Origin: Negaprion brevirostris
Lineage: Eukaryota
NCBI GenBank assembly: GCA_030324005.1
Contig: JARDVH010000031.1
Span: 10,056,710 to 10,120,709 of the forward strand
Direction: 5' to 3'
DNA length: 64,000 nucleotides
A program made the translations under genes and the position numbers. The notes under the pieces were generated by a model. That model was not told where the DNA came from, did not search any database, and saw nothing but the letters and a program-made list of their open reading frames with translations. This document shows positions 62,405 through 64,000 of the stretch, piece after piece. Each line of letters starts with the position of its first letter. The first letter of the stretch is position 1.

Positions 62405-64000
62405 CTGAAAAACCAAAAAAAAGGTTAATGCTAGCTGCTGAAATACAAAAGGTCATTTTTCCCTAATCCCACTCTTTCCCCATATTCATACTTGACTGAT
62501 AATCAATGAGAAAAACAAGAATATTTAAAACAGACTTCATGTGAATGAAGCAAGTTTAAATGTTTCAAACATACCTTATTATTAAGTGAGTAACAGTCCC
62601 TAGATTCAGACACAGCAGTTTGTATTGGTATGTCTTTTTTAACCACTGTGTTGTGATCTATTATTACCTATATGTCACTGGAACAGTGCTAGCCATTTGT
62701 TTTTGTAGATATTGTGGTGCACAGTTTCCTGCATCTACTGTCTGGGACAGCTCTTGGTGCATGTCTCAGCGGAATGCGATTTCTGGAGTGATGTTCTAAG
62801 TACTTGCAACAGCGCAAGCAACCAGCCCATTTCCCCCTTGAATACTGATAAAGATCTTTGCTTCATCCCACTAAAAAGACAATGCAATTTGTTTTTTCTT
62901 CACTTGAGTCTTAGAAAGAACATTTGATTTTGAAAACTTGTTCAATTTGATTTTGAAAAGTAAGGTTCAGACAGCATTCTATCAATATCAACAATTTTGT
63001 AGCAAGATAAGCAAAATTAATGTTCACCATTTTCTTAATGCAATACTTACGCTCCAAACTGAATAAAGTCACATATTCAGCTTGGTGAAATTGCATGATA
63101 AAAGTCTTTGTCTACACAGAGTTTAAAGAATGGTTACTAAGTCACGTTTTAGTCTTTTTTGCTGAGGCTGTTACTCCTTTGACTTTCCCCATTTCTTCTT
63201 CCAGTTCAGGGTTCACAAAACTTCTCAATTCCTATAGCATAAAGATTGAGTACATGTGCAAATTGTAGTCAACGTTCCATTAATGCCATTCTTCTGCCAG
63301 TTGCAAGAAGGCATTAGGCAGTGGCTGATTTTCTCTCAATCCTTCAAGGAGACACTTGTGTTCCAGAATCCATGACAAAAGAGGAAATGAAAACGTGCAT
63401 CGTATTTGACACTGTGCACTGATGATCCAATGTACTGCAACACCACATAAATGTGGTTAGAAGGTGACAGCTGAAATCTTCTATACTATAGTATGACGAT
63501 CAAACAATAGTCCCTGCATTTCCAATTGTTAAAATTATAGACTGCATTACAAATTACTGTCTTAATTTTCTGAATATTGGGCTTTCAGAGATTTTGCCCT
63601 TCAACAAATATAAAAACAAAAGGAGAAACAGAAAATAACAAAATTAGATTTTTAACATAAAGCTTTGTTATATTTTTCGCATGATTCATAAAACGCATCC
63701 ACTATCAAAGCAGCTTACTATAATGTAACTATCACCATTAACCGGGGCACTGAAATGTGCTGAAGCAATTTCTGTCTGCTGAACGAAATTAACTTTTGGA
63801 GCACTGGATAAGTCAAACAAGTTGAGGCTAGTTCCCATTTTTTCTACTGGAATGAATTGTAAGGTCGCCATTTGAAGCATACCATTAAAATAATAGGAAT
63901 TATGATACAACTTGAAATATGTTTAATGGGAAGACTTAATAAGAAAATACTGCTTGATTTTCAAGCAGCGATTAATTGAGTATCCATAGACCCCTCCAAG

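Noticed and set aside
62106-62456. 116-aa ORF as a complete gene
   Set aside because: It is an internal exon bounded by splice sites; the ATG at 62456 is intronic.

Overview
Eukaryotic draft-assembly DNA with 13 N-gaps, AT-rich and repeat-rich. The repeats (HE1-like tRNA-SINEs, CR1/HER1-like, L2 and Rex/Babar LINEs, Penelope-like elements, PIF/Harbinger relics and MITEs) point to a cartilaginous fish, most likely a shark. The window lies inside one minus-strand Ikaros-family gene, best read as IKZF2 (Helios). Two coding exons are visible: ZF1 (62141-62404) and ZF2+ZF3 (49806-49973). The rest appears intronic. I found no ZF4 exon, so the downstream intron seems to exceed 49.8 kb. The most notable observations are: (1) a splice-site cluster just upstream of the ZF2-3 exon, with a candidate 30-nt in-frame Cys-rich micro-exon plus two NMD-type alternatives; (2) an internal donor that would remove ZF1; (3) a ~205-bp near-perfect inverted duplication; (4) nested TE insertions with readable TSDs; (5) CpG-retaining TE-free blocks that may be enhancers. 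There is no prokaryotic-type system (CRISPR, operon). Repeat families were assigned by eye and most TE boundaries are approximate.
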